Under the pieces are notes generated by a model. That model ran no database searches and was not told the DNA's origin. It worked only from the letters and a program-made list of their open reading frames with translations. From an uncultured Nitrospiraceae bacterium (GTDB lineage Bacteria; Nitrospirota; Thermodesulfovibrionia; Thermodesulfovibrionales; Dissulfurispiraceae): DNA of 64,000 nucleotides. Below, one piece after another: positions 1-9,702 of the stretch. The position numbers and the translations under genes are program-made. The DNA is taken from the NCBI GenBank assembly GCA_963705105.1, contig CAVPIW010000007.1:32001-96000 (forward strand), in the 5' to 3' direction. Every line of letters starts with the position of its first letter. Positions within the stretch are counted from its first letter, which is position 1.

Positions 1-1
1 T

Positions 2-1306
<1,305 letters not shown>

Positions 1307-1349
1307 CCGCCCTGCACCCTGAGCAGCGACCGGACAACAGGCGATTGCC

Positions 1350-2891
1350 ATGACCCATCCTGAAAAGATACTCGTTCTGGACTTCGGCTCCCAGTACACC
1401 CAGCTCATCGCCCGCAGGGTGAGGGAAAGCAAGGTCTATTCGGAGATTTACCCCTTCAACGCCCCGATCGCCAAAATCAGGGACTTCAGCCCCAAGGGCA
1501 TCATCCTATCCGGCGGCCCGTCGAGCGTCTACGAGGAAGGAGCACCGGCGCCGGACCCCGCCATTTTCGACCTCGGCATACCCGTCCTCGGCATCTGCTA
1601 CGGCATGCAGCTCATGGCCCATTACCTCGGCGGCGAGGTTGCCCGGGCTGCGAAAAGGGAGTACGGCAGGGCGGAGCTGTCCGTCGATTCCGATGCCGAT
1701 CTCCTCTGGGGCCTATCGCAGAGGACACGCGTCTGGATGAGCCACGGAGACAGGATCGAGAGACTCCCCGAGGGGTTCACGGTCATCGGCCACACGGACA
1801 ACTCGCCCATAGCGGCCATTGCCCGCAGGGACAGGAAGTTTTTCGCACTCCAGTTTCACCCCGAAGTGATCCACACCGACGAGGGGACGCGCATCCTGCA
1901 CAACTTTATCTTCGACATCTGCGGCTGCGAGGCGACATGGGAGATGTCGTCCTTCATCGCATCGTCCCTCTCGGACATTCAATCCGCCGTGGGAGACAGG
2001 AAAGTGATCTGCGCGCTGAGCGGAGGTGTCGATTCCTCCGTCGTCGCGGTCCTCGTCCACAAGGCCATCGGTGACCGCCTTACCTGCATCTTCGTCGACA
2101 ACGGGCTGCTCCGCCTCGGAGAGTCCGACAAGGTGAGAAAGACCTTTCAGGAACATTTCCACGTCCATCTCATCCACGTCGATGCTCGGGACAGGTTTCT
2201 CACCCGATTGGAGGGTGTGACCGATCCGGAGCAGAAGAGGAAGATCATCGGCAACGAATTCATCGCCGTCTTCGAGGAGGAGGCGCGGAAGATCAAGGGA
2301 GTGGACTTTCTGGCCCAGGGCACCCTCTATCCCGACGTCATCGAGAGCGTATCCTTCAAAGGCCCCTCGGCCGTCATCAAGAGTCACCACAATGTGGGAG
2401 GACTGCCGGAGGTGATGAAGCTCCGCCTTGTCGAACCGCTGCGGGAGCTCTTCAAAGACGAAGTGCGGATCCTCGGCGAAGAACTGGGGCTCCCCGAAGA
2501 GATCTGCTGGAGACATCCCTTCCCGGGGCCGGGACTCGCCATCCGGTGCATCGGTGACATCACTGCGGAGAAGCTCGACATCCTCCGTTTGGCCGATGCC
2601 ATCGTGCTCGAGGAGATCAAGGCCGCCGGCCTGTACCGGTCCGTCTGGCAGGCCTTTGCCGTTCTGCTTCCCGTCAGGACCGTCGGCGTCATGGGCGACG
2701 AGAGGACCTATGAGCGGGCCGTGGCCGTCCGGGCCGTCACGAGCCAGGACGGGATGACGGCGGACTGGGCGAAACTGCCCTATGATGTCCTCGGGAGTAT
2801 GTCCAACAGGATTATCAACGAGGTGAAGGGCGTCAACAGGGTTGTCTTCGACATCAGCTCGAAGCCGCCGGGGACGATCGAGTGGGAGTAG
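1350..2891 (+). CDS. guaA: GMP synthase (glutamine-hydrolysing)
   Basis: [43 protein letters not shown]. Confidence 0.98.
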   Translation: MTHPEKILVLDFGSQYTQLIARRVRESKVYSEIYPFNAPIAKIRDFSPKGIILSGGPSSVYEEGAPAPDPAIFDLGIPVLGICYGMQLMAHYLGGEVARAAKREYGRAELSVDSDADLLWGLSQRTRVWMSHGDRIERLPEGFTVIGHTDNSPIAAIARRDRKFFALQFHPEVIHTDEGTRILHNFIFDICGCEATWEMSSFIASSLSDIQSAVGDRKVICALSGGVDSSVVAVLVHKAIGDRLTCIFVDNGLLRLGESDKVRKTFQEHFHVHLIHVDARDRFLTRLEGVTDPEQKRKIIGNEFIAVFEEEARKIKGVDFLAQGTLYPDVIESVSFKGPSAVIKSHHNVGGLPEVMKLRLVEPLRELFKDEVRILGEELGLPEEICWRHPFPGPGLAIRCIGDITAEKLDILRLADAIVLEEIKAAGLYRSVWQAFAVLLPVRTVGVMGDERTYERAVAVRAVTSQDGMTADWAKLPYDVLGSMSNRIINEVKGVNRVVFDISSKPPGTIEWE

Positions 2892-2925
2892 CGGCATCCC
2901 TTCGTGACGGCGCTCCCGGAGGAAA

Positions 2926-3834
2926 ATGATACAGGGCGGGACGAAGGGCCTGGACATCAAAAAATACCTGCGGGAAAAGAAGGATCTCATCGACTCGTTT
3001 ATCGACTCCTGTTTCCGCGATGTCCGACCCGAAAGGCTCCGGTCGTCGGTCCTCTATTCGCTGACAGCGGGAGGAAAGAGGATCAGGCCCGTCCTGTGCA
3101 TCGCGGCATATGAGGCCTGCGGCGGCGACGGCGATATCGTTCCCTGCGCCGCGGCCCTCGAATTCATCCACACTTACTCCCTCATCCACGACGACCTGCC
3201 TGCCATGGACGACGACGACCTGCGAAGGGGCAAGCCGACGAATCACAAGGTTTTCGGGGAGGCCATGGCCATCCTGGCAGGCGATGCCCTCCTGACGGAA
3301 GCCTTTGCCCTGATCGCCCGTCATGTCGCTGCGGACCCGCTCATACCCGCTTCATCGGGCCTTTGGGTCATACATGATCTTGCGACGGCCGCGGGGATCC
3401 GGGGCATGGTGGCGGGACAGGCTCAGGACATACTGTCTGAGGGGGAGGAGCCCGATGCGGAGACCCTTGCCTTCATCCATACACATAAAACGGCGGCGCT
3501 GATCACGGCTTCTGTCCGCATCGGCGGCATGCTTGCGGGCTGCAGCGACGACATCCTGGAGAGCCTGACGCGGTATGGCCGGGCCACGGGCCTCGCCTTC
3601 CAGATCACCGACGACATACTCGATGTGGTCGGCGATACGGGGGTGCTCGGCAAGACGACGGGGTCAGACGAGGAGAAGAACAAACTGACCTATCCGAGGC
3701 TCTTCGGCATCGCGGCAGCTCGGCAGAAGGCGCTGCAGCTCGTCGATGAAGCCGTCGATGCCCTTTCGTCCTTTGACGGGAAGGCCGACCCTCTGCGGGA
3801 AATCGCGCGTTTTCTGAGCACGAGGGTGTCGTGA
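2926..3834 (+). CDS. ispA: Polyprenyl (farnesyl) diphosphate synthase
   Basis: GGKRIRP, DDLPAMDDDDLRRG, FQITDDILD; upstream of dxs. Exact start uncertain. Confidence 0.9.
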   Translation: MIQGGTKGLDIKKYLREKKDLIDSFIDSCFRDVRPERLRSSVLYSLTAGGKRIRPVLCIAAYEACGGDGDIVPCAAALEFIHTYSLIHDDLPAMDDDDLRRGKPTNHKVFGEAMAILAGDALLTEAFALIARHVAADPLIPASSGLWVIHDLATAAGIRGMVAGQAQDILSEGEEPDAETLAFIHTHKTAALITASVRIGGMLAGCSDDILESLTRYGRATGLAFQITDDILDVVGDTGVLGKTTGSDEEKNKLTYPRLFGIAAARQKALQLVDEAVDALSSFDGKADPLREIARFLSTRVS

Positions 3835-3838
3835 TACG

Positions 3839-3873
3839 ACAGTGTGAGTGTCTGTGTGAGTGTCAGCAAAAAA
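3839..3873. repeat. Hexamer tandem array (AGTGTG/AGTGTC)
   Basis: acagtgtgagtgtctgtgtgagtgtcagcaaaaaa; reverse complement matches 45447-45480. Confidence 0.85.
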
Positions 3874-3880
3874 CACCTGT

Positions 3881-4226
3881 TCTTATTATTGCGACAGGGA
3901 CTCCGGAAAGGCGGGGCGTATGCGCCACATAACACTAATTATTACCATGGCAATCAAACAGATGAATCGACGGGATGGCTGATGTGGTGAAAAGCCTTTC
4001 CTCTACGATACCTTATTCATCCCCTGACCACCCTTCGCCGTGTCTGTCGATACCAGGAGCCCGTCAGGCAACAGGCGCTGAACACCTGGAGATGTCTCAT
4101 CATCGCATTGGAAAGGCGTTGAACCATATCTGCCTTCCCGGAGACCGCGCAGATATAAGAAATATTCCTTTCACTGACACTGACACTTTTTTTTCAGAGT
4201 GCTTCGCCCCGCCTTTTTATGTAACT
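3881..4226 (+). mobile_element. Degenerate/composite member of the 214-bp MITE family
   Basis: Left arm ccggaaaggcggggcgtatgc (core 3906-3918) and right arm gcttcgccccgcctttt (core 4205-4216); different interior containing a hexamer array at 4172-4187. Confidence 0.65.
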
Positions 4227-4252
4227 TTACATGATTCCTATGAGGTGAGTGA

Positions 4253-6181
4253 ATGCTCATTGAGACAATAGCATCTCCGCAGGATCTCAGGAAACTTTCG
4301 CTTAAAAACCTGAACGTGCTGGCCGACGAGCTGCGTCAGCTCATTCTCGAGCGTGTCTCCCGGAACGGCGGACACCTGGCCTCGAATCTCGGCGTCGTCG
4401 AGCTCACCATCGCACTGCATTATGTCTTCAACTCCCCGGAGGACAAAATCGTCTGGGATGTGGGCCACCAGAGCTACACGCACAAACTCCTGACGGGCAG
4501 GCATAAAGTGTTCGATACGCTCAGGCAATACGGGGGCATATCGGGCTTCCCCCGCCGTCAGGAGAGCCCCCATGACGCCTTCGGAGCGGGGCACAGCTCG
4601 ACGTCGATTTCAGCGGCCCTCGGCATCAGGGAAGGCAGGGATTTCAGGGGAGAGCGGTTCAGGGTGATCGCCGTTATCGGCGACGGAGCGCTGACGGCCG
4701 GTCTTGCCTTTGAAGGTCTGAATCATGCCGGTCACCTGAAGAAGGACTTCCTCGTCATTCTGAACGACAACGAAATGTCCATATCCCCGAACGTCGGCGC
4801 CCTCTCGTCGTACCTGAGCAAGGTGCTGACAGGCACGTTCTACAAGAAGTTCAAGCGCGAGACCAAGGCAATCCTCGAGGGCATCCCGCGCATCGGCGAA
4901 TCCTTTGCAAAAATAGCGCAGAGGGCCGAGGGCAGCCTCAAGGGGTTCTTCCTTCCCGGTGGGCTCTTCGAGGACCTTGGGTTCAACTATCTCGGTCCTA
5001 TCGACGGTCACGACATCGGTTTTCTAATCGAGACGCTGAGCCGTATCAGGGACGCCCAGGAGCCGATCCTGATGCACGTCGTCACGAAGAAGGGAAAGGG
5101 GTACCGTTTTTCCGAGGAGGACCCGTGCATTTATCACGGGACGGGCCCCTTTAAGGTAGAAACGGGGCTCACATCTCCCAAGGAGTCGATCGCCGATCTG
5201 CGGCAGGAGCGCAACCGGTCCATCACGTTCAATGAGGCCTTCGGCCTCGCCCTCACCCGTATCGGATCGATGAACAGGTCCGTCGTGGCAATCACCGCCG
5301 CCATGAAGGAGGGGACCTGCCTGGGGGGCTTCGCAGAGAGATTCCCTGACCGGTTCTACGATGTCGGCATCGCCGAACCCCATGCGGTTACCTTTGCCGC
5401 CGGCCTTGCCACACAGGGTATGAAGCCGGTCGTCGCGATCTACTCCACATTTCTGCAGCGGGCCTACGACCAGATCATCCATGACGTCTGCCTCCAGAAC
5501 CTCCCCGTCATCTTTGCCATCGACAGGGCGGGCGTCGTCGGCGAGGACGGCGCGACGCACCAGGGCCTGTTCGACATCTCCTTCCTCCGTCATATACCGA
5601 ACCTCGTCGTGATGTCGCCGAAGGACGGGGCCGAGTTGATGGAGATGCTGGCCTTCGCTTCAGACCAGGATGGGCCTGTGGCCATCCGCTATCCGAGGGG
5701 CAAGGTCGATGCATCAGGCCTCGATATTGCCGATACCGACATTCACCTGGGCAGGGCGGAGATCCTCGCCGATGGAGACGACCTCGCCGTCATCGCCGTA
5801 GGGAACACCGTCTACCAGGCCCTCAGGGCGGGACAGATGTTACGGGAGCGTGGCATTCATCCGTGCATTGTCAATGCCCGTTTCATCAAGCCCCTCGACG
5901 GTGAGCTTTTCTGCGATCTTGCAAAGCGTGTGAGGAAAATCATCACCGTTGAGGAAAACATGCTTGCCGGGGGCTTCGGTTCCGCCGTCCTGGAGCTTCT
6001 CAATGAAAAGGGGATCCACGATGTCGCCGTCAGGAGGATCGGCATCGGAGATGCCTTTGTCGAGCACGGCAAGCAGGGCATCCTCCGTGAGAAACTCGGT
6101 CTGGACGCCGACGGGATCTGCCGCGCCGCCGAAGAGCTTATGAGCCGGTCAGCCTATATCAAAAAACTGATCCTTCACTGA
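4253..6181 (+). CDS. dxs: 1-deoxy-D-xylulose-5-phosphate synthase
   Basis: GGHLASNLG, WDVGHQ, GDGA..LNDNEMSI TPP motif, IAEPHA, DRAG..GEDGATH. Confidence 0.98.
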   Translation: MLIETIASPQDLRKLSLKNLNVLADELRQLILERVSRNGGHLASNLGVVELTIALHYVFNSPEDKIVWDVGHQSYTHKLLTGRHKVFDTLRQYGGISGFPRRQESPHDAFGAGHSSTSISAALGIREGRDFRGERFRVIAVIGDGALTAGLAFEGLNHAGHLKKDFLVILNDNEMSISPNVGALSSYLSKVLTGTFYKKFKRETKAILEGIPRIGESFAKIAQRAEGSLKGFFLPGGLFEDLGFNYLGPIDGHDIGFLIETLSRIRDAQEPILMHVVTKKGKGYRFSEEDPCIYHGTGPFKVETGLTSPKESIADLRQERNRSITFNEAFGLALTRIGSMNRSVVAITAAMKEGTCLGGFAERFPDRFYDVGIAEPHAVTFAAGLATQGMKPVVAIYSTFLQRAYDQIIHDVCLQNLPVIFAIDRAGVVGEDGATHQGLFDISFLRHIPNLVVMSPKDGAELMEMLAFASDQDGPVAIRYPRGKVDASGLDIADTDIHLGRAEILADGDDLAVIAVGNTVYQALRAGQMLRERGIHPCIVNARFIKPLDGELFCDLAKRVRKIITVEENMLAGGFGSAVLELLNEKGIHDVAVRRIGIGDAFVEHGKQGILREKLGLDADGICRAAEELMSRSAYIKKLILH

Positions 6182-6214
6182 CACTGTCCCTCTCACTATT
6201 TTCAGAGGCATGGA

Positions 6215-6255
6215 CCCGGCGCCCCCGCATCATGTGCGGGGTTGCGGGAATGACA
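6215..6255. repeat. Partial copy of GTCATTCC...GGAATGAC palindromic repeat
   Basis: cccggcgcccccgcatcatgtgcggggttgcgggaatgaca nearly identical to 16118-16158 except in the loop. Confidence 0.8.
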
Positions 6256-6325
6256 GACGAGGGACTGCGCGGGCATAGCCGTTTGATTGCATGGGCCTCT
6301 GCCCAAAGGCGCGAAATTCTCCGTT

Positions 6326-6355
6326 CACTGTCACTGACACTCACACTGACACTGT
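6326..6355. repeat. Hexamer tandem array, 5 units
   Basis: cactgt cactga cactca cactga cactgt. Confidence 0.9.
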
Positions 6356-6359
6356 CTTA

Positions 6360-6573
6360 ACCTTATCGTTGCAATAGGACATCCGGAAAGGCGGGGCGAA
6401 GATGCCGAAAAGCCTTGGTGCTGCGAAACCTTTGCCTTCCCATAGGGATCATTTCAAGCGTATGATTGATCGCATAAAAGATGGGATCCCGAATGTCCAG
6501 TTTCAAATGATCATGCTCGCTATCAGCAAGGTATTGAGGCACTTCGTCCTGCCTTTTCATGCAACAGGAAGGT
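6360..6573 (+). mobile_element. 214-bp MITE, copy 1 (TA/TA flanks)
   Basis: ACCTTATCGTTGCA...GAAAGGCGGGGCG left arm, degenerate right arm ...TGCAACAGGAAGGT; aligns with 39408-39621 at both arms. Confidence 0.8.
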
Positions 6574-6589
6574 TACGTTATTCTCCTTT

Positions 6590-6619
6590 GACTGTCACTG
6601 ACACTCACACTGACACTGT
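6590..6619. repeat. Hexamer tandem array, 5 units
   Basis: 6591-6624 is an exact 34-bp copy of 6327-6360. Confidence 0.9.
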
Positions 6620-6620
6620 C

Positions 6621-7496
6621 TTAAGGGATGACCTTGCTCAGGGGATATTCGACGATCCCCGATGCGCCGGCGGCCTTCAGTTTCGGTATCAGGTCGCGGG
6701 CGATCTTCTCGTCAATCACCACATCGATAGCGTACCACCCCGTGTCCGACAGAGAGGAAACGGTCGGCGAATGCATGGCCGACAGGAGGCTGAGCACCCT
6801 CTTGAAGGACTCCTGGGGGACGTTCATCTTGAGGCCCACCTTCTCTTCCGCTGCCAGTGCTCCCTGGAGCATGAGGGCGATGTTCTCCATCTTCCGGCGC
6901 TTCCACTTGTCCTGCCATGACTTCCTGTGCGCGATGAACCGTGTCGTTGATTCGATGACCGTCTCGACGATGCGGAGATTATTTGCCCGGAGAGATGTGC
7001 CCGTTTCCGTCAGCTCGACGATCGCGTCTGCCAGGAAGGGAGGCTTCACCTCCGTGGCGCCCCAGGAGAAATCGACGTCAGCCTTGACGCCCCTCGATTT
7101 CAGAAACCTCTTGGTAAATCCGACGAGCTCCGTTGCGATCCGCTTTCCCGCCAAATCCTCCACTCGCTTTATATCAGAGTCCGCCGGTACCGCGACGACC
7201 CATCGTACCGGGCGAAACCCCTCCTTCGCGTATTTCAGTTCGGCAATCTCTACAACATCCGCATTCTGTTCGAGGACCCAGTCATGGCCCGTCAATCCGC
7301 AGTCGAGGTACCCATCCTCGACGTAGCGCGCCATCTCCTGGGCGCGGATAAGCATCGATTCGATCTCGGGGTCATCAAAGACGGGATAATAGGAGCGGGA
7401 TGAGACGGTGATGTGATAACCGGCCTTCCTGAAGAGCCGCAGCGTCGATTCCTGGAGGCTCCCCTTGGGAAGCCCGAGTTTGAGTATGGTGCTCAT
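6621..7496 (-). CDS. hisG: ATP phosphoribosyltransferase (long form)
   Basis: [45 protein letters not shown]-terminal regulatory domain. Confidence 0.96.
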   Translation of the reverse strand: MSTILKLGLPKGSLQESTLRLFRKAGYHITVSSRSYYPVFDDPEIESMLIRAQEMARYVEDGYLDCGLTGHDWVLEQNADVVEIAELKYAKEGFRPVRWVVAVPADSDIKRVEDLAGKRIATELVGFTKRFLKSRGVKADVDFSWGATEVKPPFLADAIVELTETGTSLRANNLRIVETVIESTTRFIAHRKSWQDKWKRRKMENIALMLQGALAAEEKVGLKMNVPQESFKRVLSLLSAMHSPTVSSLSDTGWYAIDVVIDEKIARDLIPKLKAAGASGIVEYPLSKVIP

Positions 7497-7544
7497 GGTT
7501 CAGTGCAGTCCTTTCTCTTTCCTGACATTCAATTTAACAGACAA

Positions 7545-7572
7545 GAAGGGCGGCACCGAGATGCCGCCCTTC
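7545..7572 (-). terminator. Probable intrinsic terminator after cooS
   Basis: 11-bp stem gaagggcggca/tgccgcccttc with a weak U-rich tail on the minus strand. Confidence 0.6.
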
Positions 7573-7620
7573 CCGTGTATACGACGTCCCGCGGCGATGT
7601 CGCGGGACTGTTTCGGTGAC

Positions 7621-9627
7621 TTAGACGCCCATATGAGGCTTTCCGCCTTTGTGGATCTCGCGGCGGGCGGCCATGTCCATAAGGACCTTCTCAGTCCCGA
7701 ACTTGCCGGGCTCGTACTTCCGCAGCTTGAGCTCATCCCTTGCTGCGTCGATGTAGTTGAGGGTCCTCTCGAGCATCTTCTCGACTTCCTTCTCGAAGAC
7801 GAAGCAGCCCTTGAAGCGCTCGTACCAGACATCTTCCATGATCCTCTTCACCTCGCTGCTCGCCTCGGCGATGTGCTCGCCGCCGAAGATGACGGGGCAG
7901 CCTGACGCGGCGCAGTAGCAGGCGATGGTGACGGCCTTCTCGGACATCCACTCGGGTGCGATACCGACTGCCGGCATGCCGCCGATCTCATCGGAGAGTC
8001 CGCCCTCAGCCGCCATGGCAGAGGCGATGGTGAGGATCCTCGAGTTGTCGACGCAGGAGCCGAGGGTGAGGATCGGGGGCATCCCCGTCGCCTCGCAGAC
8101 CTGCCTCAGGCCGGGACCGGCCATCTCGAAGGCCATCTCGGGGGTGATGAATCCGGCGAGACCGCAAGCATGGGAGCCGCAGCCCGTGGTGATGACGAGG
8201 ACGTCCCTCTTGATCAGCTCCGTCACGAGGAAGGTGTGGTTCTTCGTGGCCGGGAACCTCGTGTTGTCACAGCCGACGACGGCGGCGACGCCGCGGATCC
8301 TGCCCGACATGATGGCGTCGTTGAGGGGCCTGAAAGACGCCCTCCACTTGCCGCCGAGCATGTACTCGATGTACTCGTGAGAGAATCCGGTGATGACGGG
8401 GTACTTGTCCCTGACGTCCCTGATGCCCTCTTTCGTCCTGTTCGGGTAGTTGTCTATGGCGACCCTCATGATCTCCCTCGCAAGCTCCTTCGACCGGGCA
8501 TCATCCACGTTCGGCATGTGGATGGCGCCGGGCATGTGGGCCTTCGGGGAGGTCGTAATGACCTTGGTGTGGAACTTCTTGGCGACCTCGGCGATAGCCG
8601 GCATGATGCACTGGACGTCGACGGTCATGGCGTCGACAAGGCCGGTGAGGATGGCAAGCTCCTGGTTGGTAAAGCCGCCCATGGTCGGGATGCCGTGCCT
8701 CATGAGGATCTCGTTGGCGGTGCAGCACTGACCGGTGAGGTTGATGCCCGCGGCGCCCTTGGACTTGGCATAGGCGACGAGTTCAGGCTCCGATGCCACC
8801 TCGACCATTTTCTCGGCCAGGTTCGGCTCGTGCCCGTGAACGACGATGTTCACCATGTCTTCCTTGAAGACGCCGAAGCTCGCCTCGGCCCTTATCGGCT
8901 GAGGTGTGCCGAAGAGGATGTCCGTGATGTCCGTGCCGATCATCGATCCGCCCCAGCCGTCGGCAAGGGCCACCCTCAGACCGCAGAGGAGCAGTTCGTC
9001 CGGATCGAGGTCGACGCCGGTATGGGTCCTATGCATGGCCTCCATAATCTCTCTCTCTGCGCCCCTCGGAACGATGCCCCACTTTCTCCATCTCTCCTGG
9101 GTTTTCTTCGGGGCCCTGGAGATGTAGCTCATCTCGCCCTTCTGCTGGGTGTAATCCAGGAGGAACCTGTCGGCGACATCCTTCGCCACAGCCAGGACCT
9201 CGCGGCCCTCGAACTCGATGTTGAGGTAACCGGCGACCTTGTACAGCTTCTTCACGTCCGTGATCTGGAAGTCCTTTGTATGTCCCTCGGCGACGGCGAG
9301 GAGGGTCATCGCCATGTCGAGACCGTGGTCGGTGTGCGCAGCGCAGCCGCCGGCGATCATCCTGACGACGTTCCTCGCTGCAACGGTTCCCATTGTGGCG
9401 CCGCAGACGCCGCGTGCGTTCATATCGGCATCCTTGCCGACGAGACGGCAGGGGCCCATGCTGCAGAGTTTGCAGCACGCGCCGGTATGACCGATGGGAC
9501 AGGCTTTTACTTTGTCGGCCCTGCCGAAGCAGGTCTCTATCTCATGCTCTTCGGCCCACTTGAGAATCCTCTCTGCTGCCGGATTCGCAGGCCTTGATTT
9601 CTTCTCTTCCTTTTTCTCCTTCTCCAT
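7621..9627 (-). CDS. cooS: Anaerobic Ni-CO dehydrogenase catalytic subunit (AcsA/CooS)
   Basis: CPIGHTGACCKLCSMGPC B/D-cluster Cys; C-cluster ligand motifs HGHEP, CCTANE, DVQC, GCDN, TGCG, GSCVD; EWMSEKA. Confidence 0.96.
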   Translation of the reverse strand: MEKEKKEEKKSRPANPAAERILKWAEEHEIETCFGRADKVKACPIGHTGACCKLCSMGPCRLVGKDADMNARGVCGATMGTVAARNVVRMIAGGCAAHTDHGLDMAMTLLAVAEGHTKDFQITDVKKLYKVAGYLNIEFEGREVLAVAKDVADRFLLDYTQQKGEMSYISRAPKKTQERWRKWGIVPRGAEREIMEAMHRTHTGVDLDPDELLLCGLRVALADGWGGSMIGTDITDILFGTPQPIRAEASFGVFKEDMVNIVVHGHEPNLAEKMVEVASEPELVAYAKSKGAAGINLTGQCCTANEILMRHGIPTMGGFTNQELAILTGLVDAMTVDVQCIMPAIAEVAKKFHTKVITTSPKAHMPGAIHMPNVDDARSKELAREIMRVAIDNYPNRTKEGIRDVRDKYPVITGFSHEYIEYMLGGKWRASFRPLNDAIMSGRIRGVAAVVGCDNTRFPATKNHTFLVTELIKRDVLVITTGCGSHACGLAGFITPEMAFEMAGPGLRQVCEATGMPPILTLGSCVDNSRILTIASAMAAEGGLSDEIGGMPAVGIAPEWMSEKAVTIACYCAASGCPVIFGGEHIAEASSEVKRIMEDVWYERFKGCFVFEKEVEKMLERTLNYIDAARDELKLRKYEPGKFGTEKVLMDMAARREIHKGGKPHMGV

Positions 9628-9702
9628 AAAATCTTACCTCCGCCCTGAGATTTCGCGCAAAAAGTTTGCACGCTCTTAGTATACCATGTAATTGTAATTT
9701 TA

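Noticed and set aside
3664..4271. ORFs 3664-3876, 3690-3935 and 3975-4271 (TDTHTDT/LTLTQTLT peptides)
   Set aside because: Translations of hexamer arrays and MITE sequence, with no protein-family features
6326..6624. Direct repeats considered as a CRISPR array
   Set aside because: Only two copies, low-complexity units, a spacer of about 230 bp, and no cas genes in the window
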